64,000 bases of DNA from an uncultured Desulfobacter sp. GTDB lineage: Bacteria; Desulfobacterota; Desulfobacteria; Desulfobacterales; Desulfobacteraceae. Within the stretch, counting starts at the first letter, position 1; the number at the start of each line of letters is the position of its first letter. Below, one piece after another: positions 40,701 to 49,967 of the stretch. The stretch lies in the NCBI GenBank assembly GCA_963665095.1, contig OY762069.1:128001-192000 (forward strand), written 5' to 3'. The notes under the pieces were generated by a model, which saw only the letters and a list, made by a program, of their open reading frames with translations, was not told the DNA's origin and made no database searches. The position numbers and the translations under genes are program-made.

Positions 40701-43080
40701 TTATCGCCTGGGACATATGTTTGGATTCTTCAAACAAACCACTGAGGTAAGCCAGGATGGATGCCTGGAAATAAAGCTCAAGGATTAGCGCGTAACTTTG
40801 TTCCCAGGCACTTTCACCCAGGATTCGGATGCCTGTGATAAAATACCTGTAGCTCTCACTGAAAGCGGCAACATCCTTGGCCTGTTTTCCGGCCGTTAGA
40901 TTAAGCCTGGCCAGTTGAATCTTTTCCTTATCTTTATCTATCAAGTGATGAGCAAAGTTCAAGTGGGTAATATGTTTGAAAATTTGGTTTTTGTCCTGGT
41001 TTGTATTTTGAGCAATGTATTTGCCCAATTGAAGGTGGATCTGTTCTTTTTCATGGTCTGGTATCATTTTATAAGCAGTTTCCTGCAGTCTGTCATGCTC
41101 AAATTGATACAGCCCTTTTCCTTGTGAAATCAATATGTTTTTCTTACATGCAACATCAAGCTGGGACCGTATCTCCTTTGTAGGCGTTTTCTTTTGACAA
41201 GCCAGGTCCTCTTCATGGAATGTGTTTCCAATGACCGCTGCCACTGAAATGGTATGGCCAATTTTTTCCCCCAGCCCGGTGAGCTTTTGTCTGGCAAGCG
41301 CATTCAGGTCTTGATTGATTTCCATGCGTTCTATCTCATGAATATGCCATGCCCACTCCATTCGGTCATTAAGGTAAATCAGTTTTTTGTTAACCAGTAA
41401 CTCAATGAATTCTTTTGTAATTATCGGATTTCCGCCTGTTTTTTCATAGACGGCTCTGGCAAGAGATTCGCATTCATGCACTTTCAGACTCAGGGCGTCT
41501 TTAAATATCTGCTCGATATTTTTCAGGGAAAGACCATCAAGGGGCAGTATATTGACTGGCACCCCGGCTTTTTCAATTTGTAAATATGTTTTTTTTAAAC
41601 CATGGGCGGCATCGACCTCGTTTCCTCTGAAGGCCCCGATTAAAAATAACCCTTTGCTGCCGGCAATACTTTTAATCAGTTCAAGGGAGGCTTGGTCAGC
41701 CCACTGCAAATCATCAAGAAAAATAACGATGAACATCTTGGGGGTGCATAATACGTCTATGATCGTTTTTATGCATTTGTGAAGCCTGCTTCTTGATTCG
41801 ATGACATTCACATCAGACACGAACGGGACTTTTCCCAAAATGGGTTCAAATTGTGGAATTAGATTGGTAATAACGCCAATGTTTCTTCCCAGACCGTTTA
41901 TCAATTGTTTTCGTATGGCCTGGTAGATATCGTCGGTTTCCATCAATATAAGCCTGGCAATGTGTTCAAGTGCCTTTAAAATGCCGCTGTAAGGTATGGT
42001 TGATGTTATGGGCTCATACTTGCCCATGGCAAAGTATCCCTTGTCCAGAGGAATGCTTTTTTCGAATGATTTGATCAGATATGTTTTCCCCACCCCTGAG
42101 CATCCGGAAACCATGGTTAATGAACTTGATCCGCCCATCACCCTGTCAAGGGAGGTAGAAAGACCCTCCAGTTCTATTTCCCTGCCATAAATTTTCGCCG
42201 GGTATTCAAAGAGATTGACATCAAAGAGTATGTCCAGCCGAAATCTGGGAACTGTTCTGTTTGCCTTGAGGGCATCCATGCATCTTTTCAAATCTACCAT
42301 AATGCTGGCAGGTTGCTGGTATCTGTCTTCTGCGGATTTTGACATCAGTTTCCGGACAATGTCTGAAAGAACCCGGGGGGTCTGGGGTGCTATTTTATTT
42401 AAATCGGGGACGCTTTTGGCAATATGGCTGTGAATGACTTCAAAAGCATCTTTTCCATCAAAGGGCGGGCGGCCTGCGATGATTGCAAAAAGAACCGCTC
42501 CCAGGGAATAAAAGTCCGTTCTTCTATCGACGTTGCTGTTTAAACGGCCGGCTTGTTCAGGAGATTTATACAGCCAGAAAAATTTGGTGTCGAATCCAGA
42601 CTGGTTTGGTGCTTTCTCTTCAGACGCTAAAATTCCGCAACCCATGAGTTTGACGGTTTGTATTTCAGAATCCACCCAAATCGTATCGGGATTAATTTCA
42701 TGATGGATAAAGCCTGCATTGTGTAACTTGAAAATGATATGTGAGAGTTGGAATCCAACCTGCAGGGCGAAGGCAACTCTGTTTTTGATCTTGCTGAGGC
42801 ACTTTGACAAGGGGAGCAAATCTGTGTCTGTATAGACCAGGCCCATAACTTTTGCGCTCTGAACAAGGGCGATGGGGTAAAGGATGCCTTTTAGGGCCTC
42901 CGTCTTTTCCGCTGCATCGAATTCGTCGAGAAGCAGGGTCTCCACATCAATATCCGATTTGCTCTTTTCGATTGTCTTTAGAAGAAACCGGTCCTTTCCG
43001 GCGTCCCTGCTGGCAATATGAAATGTTGTCTTGCCGGTTTGCAGCAGTGTTTTTTCTACCCGGTATCCTTCAATTTCCAT
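37705..43080 (-). CDS. Multidomain sigma-54 activator: kinase-like domain, STAND AAA ATPase, helical repeats, GAF, bEBP AAA+, HTH
   Basis: SPEQAGR...TDFYSLG; GCSGVGKT and LDDLQWAD; GAF SVLCMPI...IYLEN; GESGTGKE, GAFTGA, LFLDEIG, WPGNIRELEN; AAERLGL. ATG at 43080 has a GGAG RBS. Confidence 0.92.
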   Translation of the reverse strand: MEIEGYRVEKTLLQTGKTTFHIASRDAGKDRFLLKTIEKSKSDIDVETLLLDEFDAAEKTEALKGILYPIALVQSAKVMGLVYTDTDLLPLSKCLSKIKNRVAFALQVGFQLSHIIFKLHNAGFIHHEINPDTIWVDSEIQTVKLMGCGILASEEKAPNQSGFDTKFFWLYKSPEQAGRLNSNVDRRTDFYSLGAVLFAIIAGRPPFDGKDAFEVIHSHIAKSVPDLNKIAPQTPRVLSDIVRKLMSKSAEDRYQQPASIMVDLKRCMDALKANRTVPRFRLDILFDVNLFEYPAKIYGREIELEGLSTSLDRVMGGSSSLTMVSGCSGVGKTYLIKSFEKSIPLDKGYFAMGKYEPITSTIPYSGILKALEHIARLILMETDDIYQAIRKQLINGLGRNIGVITNLIPQFEPILGKVPFVSDVNVIESRSRLHKCIKTIIDVLCTPKMFIVIFLDDLQWADQASLELIKSIAGSKGLFLIGAFRGNEVDAAHGLKKTYLQIEKAGVPVNILPLDGLSLKNIEQIFKDALSLKVHECESLARAVYEKTGGNPIITKEFIELLVNKKLIYLNDRMEWAWHIHEIERMEINQDLNALARQKLTGLGEKIGHTISVAAVIGNTFHEEDLACQKKTPTKEIRSQLDVACKKNILISQGKGLYQFEHDRLQETAYKMIPDHEKEQIHLQLGKYIAQNTNQDKNQIFKHITHLNFAHHLIDKDKEKIQLARLNLTAGKQAKDVAAFSESYRYFITGIRILGESAWEQSYALILELYFQASILAYLSGLFEESKHMSQAIIQNGRTDIDKTLGYEAQIECAIFLDNPDKAVRVLLHALTLLGISMPSPESRKEVIQETLKLKEIAQLILEIPSSQVSHLTDTKFQTVMRLLGYGVKATGWHDYLYYWIFVGKMLKITQEHGFTDESAFALVATGGAFCHLLKEYALGRRVAEYGLEYIKKSKRTKWNLDAQTYFHEEITCLTCPIDVTIKQLTQVYYQSIESGNIMTAIESAHAACLTGLFGNINLSKLRQLVATFDEIISLSLPGIKSLQSNLKMISNIVQGLSSPHEPKDNMEGFSLEKSVTTKELPINIRLFLNIIFRRTEAAAKDAEELLKYGSNYIMIPTAFYSFLALQRKAGAENEVILEKLYNQIKRRSEFSRDNYAHKHHLILAERYRLKKQTYQALIHYEKAILLSGEKGFIMDQALAWELAADFFKALGLQKLSEISLKEAFSTYEKWGASSKLRQIRQSHASLFNEEHINPGTQRSTPLYNANSIMDMRSIDRAIVTLVSAEDGNKLLQQLMRILIQNSGSERGYLLSCWKEKIIVECHVSIEEEADHLPPGTPVEEYQSISHSIARFVCRTNKKVLTSDISQNIQFSNTVYARKTGLKSVLCMPISYQNRTVAFIYLENQQVKNTFSEKRFHIIQLLSNQIAAAMERNRLNRELIQEIENRKSKERELQVTVKRLNELKNSLNEENQYLKEEIRNTHGFKDIIGNSPELQKTLYLVKQVISFDTTTLILGESGTGKELIARSIHDLSSRKDHPMVKVNCAALPATLIESELFGYEKGAFTGAVKSKKGRFLMADGGTLFLDEIGDMPMEVQAKLLRVLQEGTFEPLGSDATIKVDVRVVAATNKDLEQSILKGLFRKDLYYRLSIFPIKVPALKDRKEDIPLLVSYFIEKKNKVLNKNIKQVSSQVMKTLTDYDWPGNIRELENFIERAMILSQGTRLSMDHNFNSLAAAPSHLSDTSLDAAMEAHIINVLNMCQWKIKGKGNAAERLGLHPSTLRSKMKKLRIRP

Positions 43081-43112
43081 GGCCCGCTCCACTTAAAAAT
43101 TAAACCAAGGAA

Positions 43113-43285
43113 CGATATATCGCCCTGTATTGTTGTATGGGGGCAATATATCACACCTGATTTATGATAACAATATTGTTTGAAATACCAGATGATATGG
43201 GCTTAAATGCACAATGGAAACCTATCCGGAGAAAGCCTTTAAATGATTTGGCAAATGCTGATACAAATTAGGGACGATATATCGT
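43113..43285. promoter_or_regulatory. Palindromic enhancer-like sites CGATATATCG
   Basis: CGATATATCG at 43113, degenerate CAATATATCA at 43144, ACGATATATCGT at 43274; in the divergent intergenic region. Confidence 0.65.
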
Positions 43286-43393
43286 TCTAAAATAGATCCA
43301 GGAATACATAATTATTTAGCCTTATGGTTCGTTTGTCTTCGATTTATCAAAAAAACTTTAAAATTAAGATTGTTATGTAATTGTTCGTGTGGG

Positions 43394-43408
43394 TGGCATT
43401 CTTTTTGT
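43394..43408 (+). promoter_or_regulatory. Probable sigma-54 promoter of the methyltransferase operon
   Basis: TGGCATTCTTTTTGT (GG-N10-GT, one mismatch at -12), about 110 bp downstream of the last palindrome. Confidence 0.55.
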
Positions 43409-43515
43409 TTAGTTGGTTTTCGTTGCAACACGGATGAATCGGCTGGCTGATGCATAACGCTGCTGTCGATTGGCGAAACTAATTTACTTTAATGCACAGA
43501 TGAATTGAGGTTAAA

Positions 43516-44988
43516 ATGAAAAAAAACACGACAAAACTGGCCTGGCCGCTTTCTGTTTCAGAAATTAAGCAGGTTCATCAAACTGCCCTTGATATTCTGG
43601 AAAAGATCGGTATGGGAAAGCCACCGGAAGAACTGGAGGCCTTGGCAGTGGAAAAAGGATGCACCATGTCCGAAGAAGGGCGCCTTTGCTTTCCTGGATC
43701 TTTAATTGAAGATATAATTTCCAGGTGCGTCCCGCGAAAGGTCCTTCCAAGCCGGGGCGGTGCTCCAGTGGAACTGGATGACGGCTTTGCCCATTTCGGC
43801 CACATCGGGGTTGCACCGTCTGTGGTGGATTTTGAAACCGGCGAGTACAGAGATTCCACTTTGGTTGATCTGTACGATTTAAACCGGCTTTTTGATGTAT
43901 TGCCCGGAATGTCTACAGGAGACGTTCCCGTCTCCGCAACCAATATAACGGATCCGGGCAGTATCGGTGTAAACACGCTTTACGCCATTCTTGCGGCAAC
44001 TAATAAACATGCCATTGTGGACATGGCGAATCAGGCCCAACTTGATCCTATGGTTCAGCTCCTGGAAATGATCATCGGAACAGATCAAAAAGGGGCTGAT
44101 TCTCCGGTGACCTTCATTTACTGCCCCACAACATCCCCCCTTAACTATGAAAAAAAATACATGTCAATGTGCCTGGAGATTGTCAAAAAAGGATATCCGG
44201 TCACCCCGCTTATCGCGCCGATGTCAGGTGCAGCAGCACCGGCCACTCTTGCCGGTGCCCTGGCAATGACGGTGGCCGAATCCCTAGGCGTTCTTGCCGC
44301 TGTTCAGTTGCTGTCTCCGGGCCATCCTACTCTGTTGGGGATCTGGCCTTTTGTGGCGGACCTTCGCACCGGGGGCTTTGCAGGAGGGGCGCCTGAAGGG
44401 TCTTTGCTGTCTGTTGCTGCAGCTCAGATGATCAAGTGGTACGGCATTGAGGGCACCGTGCCGTCAGGTATGACCGATTCCAAGCTGATCGATGTTCAAT
44501 CCGGATACGAAAAAGGGATTTCAGTTGCACTTGCAGGCTTGGGAGGCGGCACATTCGTTGGCGAGGCCGCCGGCATGCAGGGCAGTCTGATGGGGGCCTC
44601 CTTTGAAGCATTTGTGCTTGACCAGGATATGCTCTCTTATATTAGCCGCCTCCAGCGCGGCATTGTCGTGAATGAAGAAACGCTGGGATTTTCCATGATA
44701 GCGGATGTGGTCAAGCAGGGGTCCGGCAACTTCCTTTACCATCCCCTGACAATGAAATATATGCGGTCGGAATATGAATATCCCAGGTTTTCGGACAGGA
44801 CCTTGATCAGCCAGTGGAAAGGAAAAGGAAAGCCCGATATCAGGCAAAAAGCGAGAGCAAAAACCCAAAAACTCCTCTCGGAACATTATCCGGTTTATAT
44901 AGATCCCGATCTGGATGCCAATATTCGAAGGGTTTTTAACATTGAGCTCGCTGCCAAAGATATGCGGCCGGACTGTGGCCGCTGGTAA
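43516..44988 (+). CDS. Non-pyrrolysine MttB-superfamily methylamine:corrinoid methyltransferase
   Basis: TSPL, PMSGAAAPATLAG, DLRTG...GAPE, GMTDSK...QSGYEK; no in-frame TAG. Confidence 0.88.
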   Translation: MKKNTTKLAWPLSVSEIKQVHQTALDILEKIGMGKPPEELEALAVEKGCTMSEEGRLCFPGSLIEDIISRCVPRKVLPSRGGAPVELDDGFAHFGHIGVAPSVVDFETGEYRDSTLVDLYDLNRLFDVLPGMSTGDVPVSATNITDPGSIGVNTLYAILAATNKHAIVDMANQAQLDPMVQLLEMIIGTDQKGADSPVTFIYCPTTSPLNYEKKYMSMCLEIVKKGYPVTPLIAPMSGAAAPATLAGALAMTVAESLGVLAAVQLLSPGHPTLLGIWPFVADLRTGGFAGGAPEGSLLSVAAAQMIKWYGIEGTVPSGMTDSKLIDVQSGYEKGISVALAGLGGGTFVGEAAGMQGSLMGASFEAFVLDQDMLSYISRLQRGIVVNEETLGFSMIADVVKQGSGNFLYHPLTMKYMRSEYEYPRFSDRTLISQWKGKGKPDIRQKARAKTQKLLSEHYPVYIDPDLDANIRRVFNIELAAKDMRPDCGRW

Positions 44989-45077
44989 ATGAGCAGATCC
45001 ATGGCAACGCCACCTCTTTCATCGAAACTGATGGATGCCACGGTGGAAAGGGAAAATAATTTTTAATCTATCCGGGA

Positions 45078-46451
45078 GTGATCATGACTGAAAATAATAC
45101 ACAGAAACTAAAACGAAGTGCCACCTGGAAACTTGGTGTCACAATTATCCTGACGGGCATACTTGACTGGACCTATCTTAGCGGGCCTGCAGTGGAGAAG
45201 GTCGGTGTCTGGGCACCTCTTGCCTGGTTGAGTACGGTGTTGGCCATTGCTGCGATCTGCTATTCTTCACTGGAAATTCTGCTTATGTTTCCGGATAAGG
45301 CGGGGGGGCTTGCCACCTGTATCATTCAAGGCTTTAAAAAACGTCACCCGATTTTTGCCGTTATATCCCAGTGGGGATATGTGACGGGATGGGGACTTGC
45401 CGTAGGAGCCATTGTTGCATTTGCCAGCTATTTTATCCAATACTTCATTCCATTTCCCGATGCCTATATCAATTATGTGGCCATTGGTATTTTAACGGTG
45501 GTGTTTTTAATTAACCTGATCAGTATTGATCTCATTGAAAAAATACAAAGCTTGATATTTGTTCTGTTCGGGCTGACGGTATTGGTCATTGTCGGTGCAT
45601 ATATCAAGCTGCCGATTCTTTCTCCTGATTTTTCCGGTGTTCAGATCAACGGGCCAGATGCCAATCCGGTCAGCATATTCCTCAGCGCATGTTTTCTGGT
45701 CGGCTGGTCTGCCTGTGCCCTGGAAGCGGTGCTTGCGCTTATTGCTGAATATATAAAGCCAGAAAAAGACACCAAAAAGGCATTGTCTTCAAGTGCGCTG
45801 GTGATGCTGGTTATGACCCTGGCTATTTGTGCGTCAATGACCTGGCTTCTTCCCTTGGATGTGGTCTTAAATGATCCTTACACGCCCCTGCTTCCACTTG
45901 CTGATGCTGTATACGGGGCGTGGTATACCAAAGTCTTTGGCTTTTTTCTGATTGTCGGGCTGGTCATCGGTGCCAATGCCTGCTTCCTGCCGGCCTCCCG
46001 TGTGCTTTTTGAGGCCTCCAAAAGTGGATTGATGCCAAAATGCTTTGGCAGGCTTGGCAAAAACCAGGTTCCGGTCATCGCCATTGTTTCCATTTATGCA
46101 GTTAACCTGCTTTTCCTGCTGACAACAGGTGGGGAGCAACCGACCTTCATGGTGGTTGCCGGGGGGATTTCCTATTTTCTCATGGTGGTTTTTGCCGGCC
46201 TGGCCGTTCCGGTGATGAGAAAAGATTTTCCCGATTTTGAACGGGCCTATAAGACTCCTGATCTGATTTGCTGGATGAGTGTTGCCGCCTCCTTTTTCTT
46301 TTTGGCATTGCTTATTGTAGGGACGATTCCTTATGGGGCTAAGAACATTTTATATGGAATCGTCGCAACACTGGTGGCCATACCATTATACTGGTACAGA
46401 GTCCATATAGAAGATAAACGGACAGCATTGTCAGTTAAAAAGGCCGGATAA
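45078..46451 (+). CDS. APC family amino acid/polyamine permease
   Basis: About 12 TM helices; FPDKAGG, AEYIKPEKD, SRVLF, RAYKTP. Confidence 0.85.
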   Translation: MIMTENNTQKLKRSATWKLGVTIILTGILDWTYLSGPAVEKVGVWAPLAWLSTVLAIAAICYSSLEILLMFPDKAGGLATCIIQGFKKRHPIFAVISQWGYVTGWGLAVGAIVAFASYFIQYFIPFPDAYINYVAIGILTVVFLINLISIDLIEKIQSLIFVLFGLTVLVIVGAYIKLPILSPDFSGVQINGPDANPVSIFLSACFLVGWSACALEAVLALIAEYIKPEKDTKKALSSSALVMLVMTLAICASMTWLLPLDVVLNDPYTPLLPLADAVYGAWYTKVFGFFLIVGLVIGANACFLPASRVLFEASKSGLMPKCFGRLGKNQVPVIAIVSIYAVNLLFLLTTGGEQPTFMVVAGGISYFLMVVFAGLAVPVMRKDFPDFERAYKTPDLICWMSVAASFFFLALLIVGTIPYGAKNILYGIVATLVAIPLYWYRVHIEDKRTALSVKKAG

Positions 46452-46503
46452 ACTTATGAACAGAAACATACAATGGTTCTGATACCCGAAACAGGGGGGG
46501 GAC

Positions 46504-46755
46504 ATGGTGGAAAAGAGACAGACAGACGCCCAAGGCAAAGACCGGCGCAATTGTTCTTCAGCGGAGGAGACCAAAAGATATGATACCGGGGAATCGTATA
46601 AGGAGAGCCTGGAAAGGGAGATTCTCAGGCGGATTCATATCATTCAGTCTCCGGATTATACCCCTGTCCCCCGTTTCCCTCTCCCTGACATTGTATTTGT
46701 CTGGATTCTGGCCGGTATCATGCTGGCACTGATTCTATGGGGAGCAACTTTTTAA
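46504..46755 (+). CDS. Small membrane protein
   Basis: 83 aa with a single C-terminal TM; G-rich RBS; inside the operon. Confidence 0.6.
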   Translation: MVEKRQTDAQGKDRRNCSSAEETKRYDTGESYKESLEREILRRIHIIQSPDYTPVPRFPLPDIVFVWILAGIMLALILWGATF

Positions 46756-46793
46756 GGATGTACACCCGTATATGTCGTGGCAGGAAATAGATT

Positions 46794-48245
46794 ATGAAAA
46801 ATATTAATTCGGAAGCTTCAAAAGAGGCCTTTTACGGCACCATCCCGACCCTGAACATCCCAGGGGAACGTATTTACTCTTTCTGGGACATGGTGTGGTT
46901 GACCGGCGGATACGCCATCGCGAGCTGGTGCTATGTGCAGGGGGGGTGGCTGGCTTCCATGCTTAATTTTAAGCAACTGATTTTTTCCACCCTGTTTGTT
47001 TATATTCTGGGCGGGCTGTTCGCCTATACCTTAACCATTATTTCATGCCGCCATGGTATGGATGTTTTTTTCTTTATGAGGGCCATTTTCGGAGAAGCAG
47101 GCATGGTGATCATGACCCTTCTTATCTTTATTTCCGGATGGGGTTATTCTGCCATCAATGCCCAGTTGTACGCCAACTCCTTTATTAAGATTCTGGCTGC
47201 AGCAGGCCTTGAGATTAATCCGTTATGGACGCCCTGGCTTGGATCAACATGCGTGATGATCGGGACGGCTCTGGCCCTTAGAGGGCCAATCGTCGTGAAA
47301 TGGGCTACCCGCATTATGGTGCCGAGTCTCTTGGCCGTGGGGGGCGTCATGATCGTTTTGTTGTTGAACCACATGACTTGGAACGGGTTAAATAACCTTG
47401 TGCCTATTGATGCGGATTCTAATATTGCCCCGTACCATATTGCCGTTGAGTGGAACCTTGCCTATGTCCTCTCCTGGATATCCGTACTGGGGGTCATTCC
47501 CAGGTTTGCCAAGTCCGAAAGGATATCCTATTGGGGCCATGTTGTCGGATTCAGTGTCATTATGGGCGGGTTTGTCATTCTGGGGGGGATGACCGGCCTG
47601 GTCATGGCAGCGAAAACCGGCGTGGTCAGCCTGGATCCCACAGAATGGCTTATCAGTCTTGGAGGGGCCTATCTGGGCCTGATGTCTGTCTTTGTGGTGG
47701 CCATCGCCAATGTGACCACAACAGCCATTGATCTTTACAGCGTTACCGTCAGTTCAAAAATTCTTAAACCCACAGCGGATTTTAAGTGGGTTTGTTTCGC
47801 ATGGTCCTCCTTTGTTCTGGTCCTGCTTTTCTGGGGAGGGATATGGACGTATTACAATGCGTTTTTAGGGGTGGTGGGCGTCATTGTCGGCCCGATCCTG
47901 GCCTTGATCGTTACCGACTATTTTTTTGTCCGGCATCAAAAGATATCCATGAAAGATGCATACATGATCAAAGGCAACCGGAAATATCGTTATACCTACG
48001 GATTCAACCTGATATCATTGGCCTGTTTTGCTATCGGCGTAATTGCATACCTATCTTGCTATGACTCGGTAAATATCGTGCCTAAACAGAAGGTGTTTTA
48101 TATATGCACTGCCACGGGCTGGTCTGTCATCACCAGCGCAACCGCCTACTGTCTTGCCAGCAGGCTCCCGGTATTCAGGTCCTATATGTTGCCTGAAGAA
48201 ACTGACCTTGATGTTCAAACACAGTTGACAATAAACAATTCTTAA
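46794..48245 (+). CDS. NCS1 family (cytosine/purine/hydantoin) permease
   Basis: RHG...RAIFG, RFAKS, ANVTT, TDYFFVR, YRYTYGFN; about 12 TM helices. Confidence 0.82.
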   Translation: MKNINSEASKEAFYGTIPTLNIPGERIYSFWDMVWLTGGYAIASWCYVQGGWLASMLNFKQLIFSTLFVYILGGLFAYTLTIISCRHGMDVFFFMRAIFGEAGMVIMTLLIFISGWGYSAINAQLYANSFIKILAAAGLEINPLWTPWLGSTCVMIGTALALRGPIVVKWATRIMVPSLLAVGGVMIVLLLNHMTWNGLNNLVPIDADSNIAPYHIAVEWNLAYVLSWISVLGVIPRFAKSERISYWGHVVGFSVIMGGFVILGGMTGLVMAAKTGVVSLDPTEWLISLGGAYLGLMSVFVVAIANVTTTAIDLYSVTVSSKILKPTADFKWVCFAWSSFVLVLLFWGGIWTYYNAFLGVVGVIVGPILALIVTDYFFVRHQKISMKDAYMIKGNRKYRYTYGFNLISLACFAIGVIAYLSCYDSVNIVPKQKVFYICTATGWSVITSATAYCLASRLPVFRSYMLPEETDLDVQTQLTINNS

Positions 48246-48260
48246 GAGAAAGGAAAAAAA

Positions 48261-48893
48261 ATGACAGATTTTAGTGCGATGACTAATGCTTTGGTGTCCT
48301 GTGACGCAGAAAGACTGACAGAACTGGTAAACGCTGCCCTGTCGGCAGGCATATCCGCTAGTGATATCCTGAATAACGGCCTGATTGCAGGCATGGATGT
48401 TGTCGGTGAAAAAATGGAATCCGGTGATATGTTTATCCCGGAAGTCCTTATGGCTGCACAGGCCATGGGTTCCTGTGTGGCGATTTTAAAGCCCATGCTG
48501 GCAGACAGTGACGTCGCATCTGGAGGTTCAGTGATTATCGGTACTGTAAAAGGAGACCTCCACGACATCGGCAAAAATCTTGTGGCCATGATGATGGAAA
48601 GTGCCGGGCTTGAAGTCCACAACCTGGGCGTGGATATTGCCCCGGAAAATTTTGTTGCCGAGATTAGAGAGAAAAACGCCCAGATAGTCTGTCTATCGGC
48701 ACTGTTGACCACTACCATGCCGGCCATGAAACAGACCGTGGACGCCATTGTGGAATCGGGCCTGCGGGACCAGGTTAAAATTATGATCGGCGGGGCGCCT
48801 GTTACCCCGGCCTTTGCCAAAGAAATCGGTGCAGACGGGTTTGCTCCCGATGCCGGTTCAGCCTCAAAGATGGCTAAATCCTTCATTAACTGA
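48261..48893 (+). CDS. Corrinoid (B12-binding) protein
   Basis: GDLHDIGKNLV, LSALLTTTM, IGGAP; N-terminal cap FIPEVL. Confidence 0.95.
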   Translation: MTDFSAMTNALVSCDAERLTELVNAALSAGISASDILNNGLIAGMDVVGEKMESGDMFIPEVLMAAQAMGSCVAILKPMLADSDVASGGSVIIGTVKGDLHDIGKNLVAMMMESAGLEVHNLGVDIAPENFVAEIREKNAQIVCLSALLTTTMPAMKQTVDAIVESGLRDQVKIMIGGAPVTPAFAKEIGADGFAPDAGSASKMAKSFIN

Positions 48894-48913
48894 AAACAGG
48901 AGACGTCTTAAAT

Positions 48914-49714
48914 ATGTTTGAAATTATCGGAGAGCGTATCAACACCTCCAGGAAGCTTGTGCATGCGGCAGTTACGGAACGTAACGCAGATTACATCATT
49001 GATGATGTTAAAAAGCAACAGGCTGCCGGTGCCCATTTTATTGATGTGAATGCAGGTGCCCGTATCGGTCACGAAGAAGCGGATATGCGCTGGCTTCTGG
49101 AGACAATACAGGCAGTTTGTGACATACCTTTGGCCCTGGACAGTCCGGATCCGGCCATCCTTGAAATGGCTTTTGCCATCATGGAAAAAAAACCGATGAT
49201 CAACTCCATTTCTCTGGAAAAGGAGCGGTTTGACGCTATGATGCCCTTCTTGGACGGCAAAGATTGCAAGATCATTGCTTTGTGCATGGATGATGCCGGT
49301 ATGCCTCTCTCCAGTGATAACATCCTGGACCGGGCTCAAACCCTTGTCACGGAACTCAACGGTATCGGCATTCCCACTCATGACATTTATGTGGATCCCC
49401 TGGTCCAGCCCATCTCAACGGACTCTGACAAAGGAACTATGGTACTGGCTGCAGTTCGGGCGATTAAGGCCCGGTTTCCAGAGGTCCACATCACCGGCGG
49501 TCTCTCAAATATATCCTATGGTCTGCCCCAGCGTCACATCATCAACAGGACCTTTGTCTCTCTCATGATGGATGCCGGCATGGATTCAGCGATCATTGAC
49601 CCACTTGATAAAAAAATCATGGCCACCATCCACACCGCAGACATGCTTCTGGGTAAAGACCCGTTCTGCATGGAATACCTTAAAGGCGTTCGATCAGGTG
49701 CCATCGAAAGTTAA
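48914..49714 (+). CDS. Methyl-tetrahydrofolate:corrinoid methyltransferase (pterin-binding, AcsE-like)
   Basis: IIGERIN, IDVNAG, INSIS, DPLV, GLSNISYGLP. Confidence 0.92.
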   Translation: MFEIIGERINTSRKLVHAAVTERNADYIIDDVKKQQAAGAHFIDVNAGARIGHEEADMRWLLETIQAVCDIPLALDSPDPAILEMAFAIMEKKPMINSISLEKERFDAMMPFLDGKDCKIIALCMDDAGMPLSSDNILDRAQTLVTELNGIGIPTHDIYVDPLVQPISTDSDKGTMVLAAVRAIKARFPEVHITGGLSNISYGLPQRHIINRTFVSLMMDAGMDSAIIDPLDKKIMATIHTADMLLGKDPFCMEYLKGVRSGAIES

Positions 49715-49727
49715 TATTTTAACCAGG

Positions 49728-49772
49728 AAAAGAACCCTGCTTTTGATGCGTTAAAGCGGGGTTCTTTTTTTT
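49728..49772 (+). terminator. Rho-independent terminator
   Basis: AAAAGAACCCTGCTTT...AAAGCGGGGTTCTTTTTTTT hairpin with a U-tract. Confidence 0.8.
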
Positions 49773-49820
49773 GAAACAAATCATAATGATACTCAATATT
49801 GTGACGGGCATTCTTTTATC

Positions 49821-49859
49821 TTGACATTCCGAACGCCGTTCGCTAATGAGAACGAGTTC
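49821..49859 (+). promoter_or_regulatory. Sigma-70-type -35 box with tandem GAAC-GTTC palindromes (probable repressor operator)
   Basis: TTGACA at 49821; CGAACGCCGTTCG at 49830-49842; GAACGAGTTC at 49850-49859. Confidence 0.55.
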
Positions 49860-49967
49860 GCTGCGCCTGGCGTTTGAGCGAGGAATCGCCCGGATGGACA
49901 GTGCAGAAATATTTGCAGCCGCAGCAGGTGGGCAAGTTTACGTTCAACACAATTTCTTAAATTTCAG

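Noticed and set aside
43516..44988. Pyrrolysine-containing trimethylamine methyltransferase
   Set aside because: There is no in-frame TAG and no pyl genes in the window.
49830..49859. LexA (GAAC-N4-GTTC) SOS boxes
   Set aside because: The spacers are 3 and 2 nt rather than 4, and the downstream genes are metabolic.
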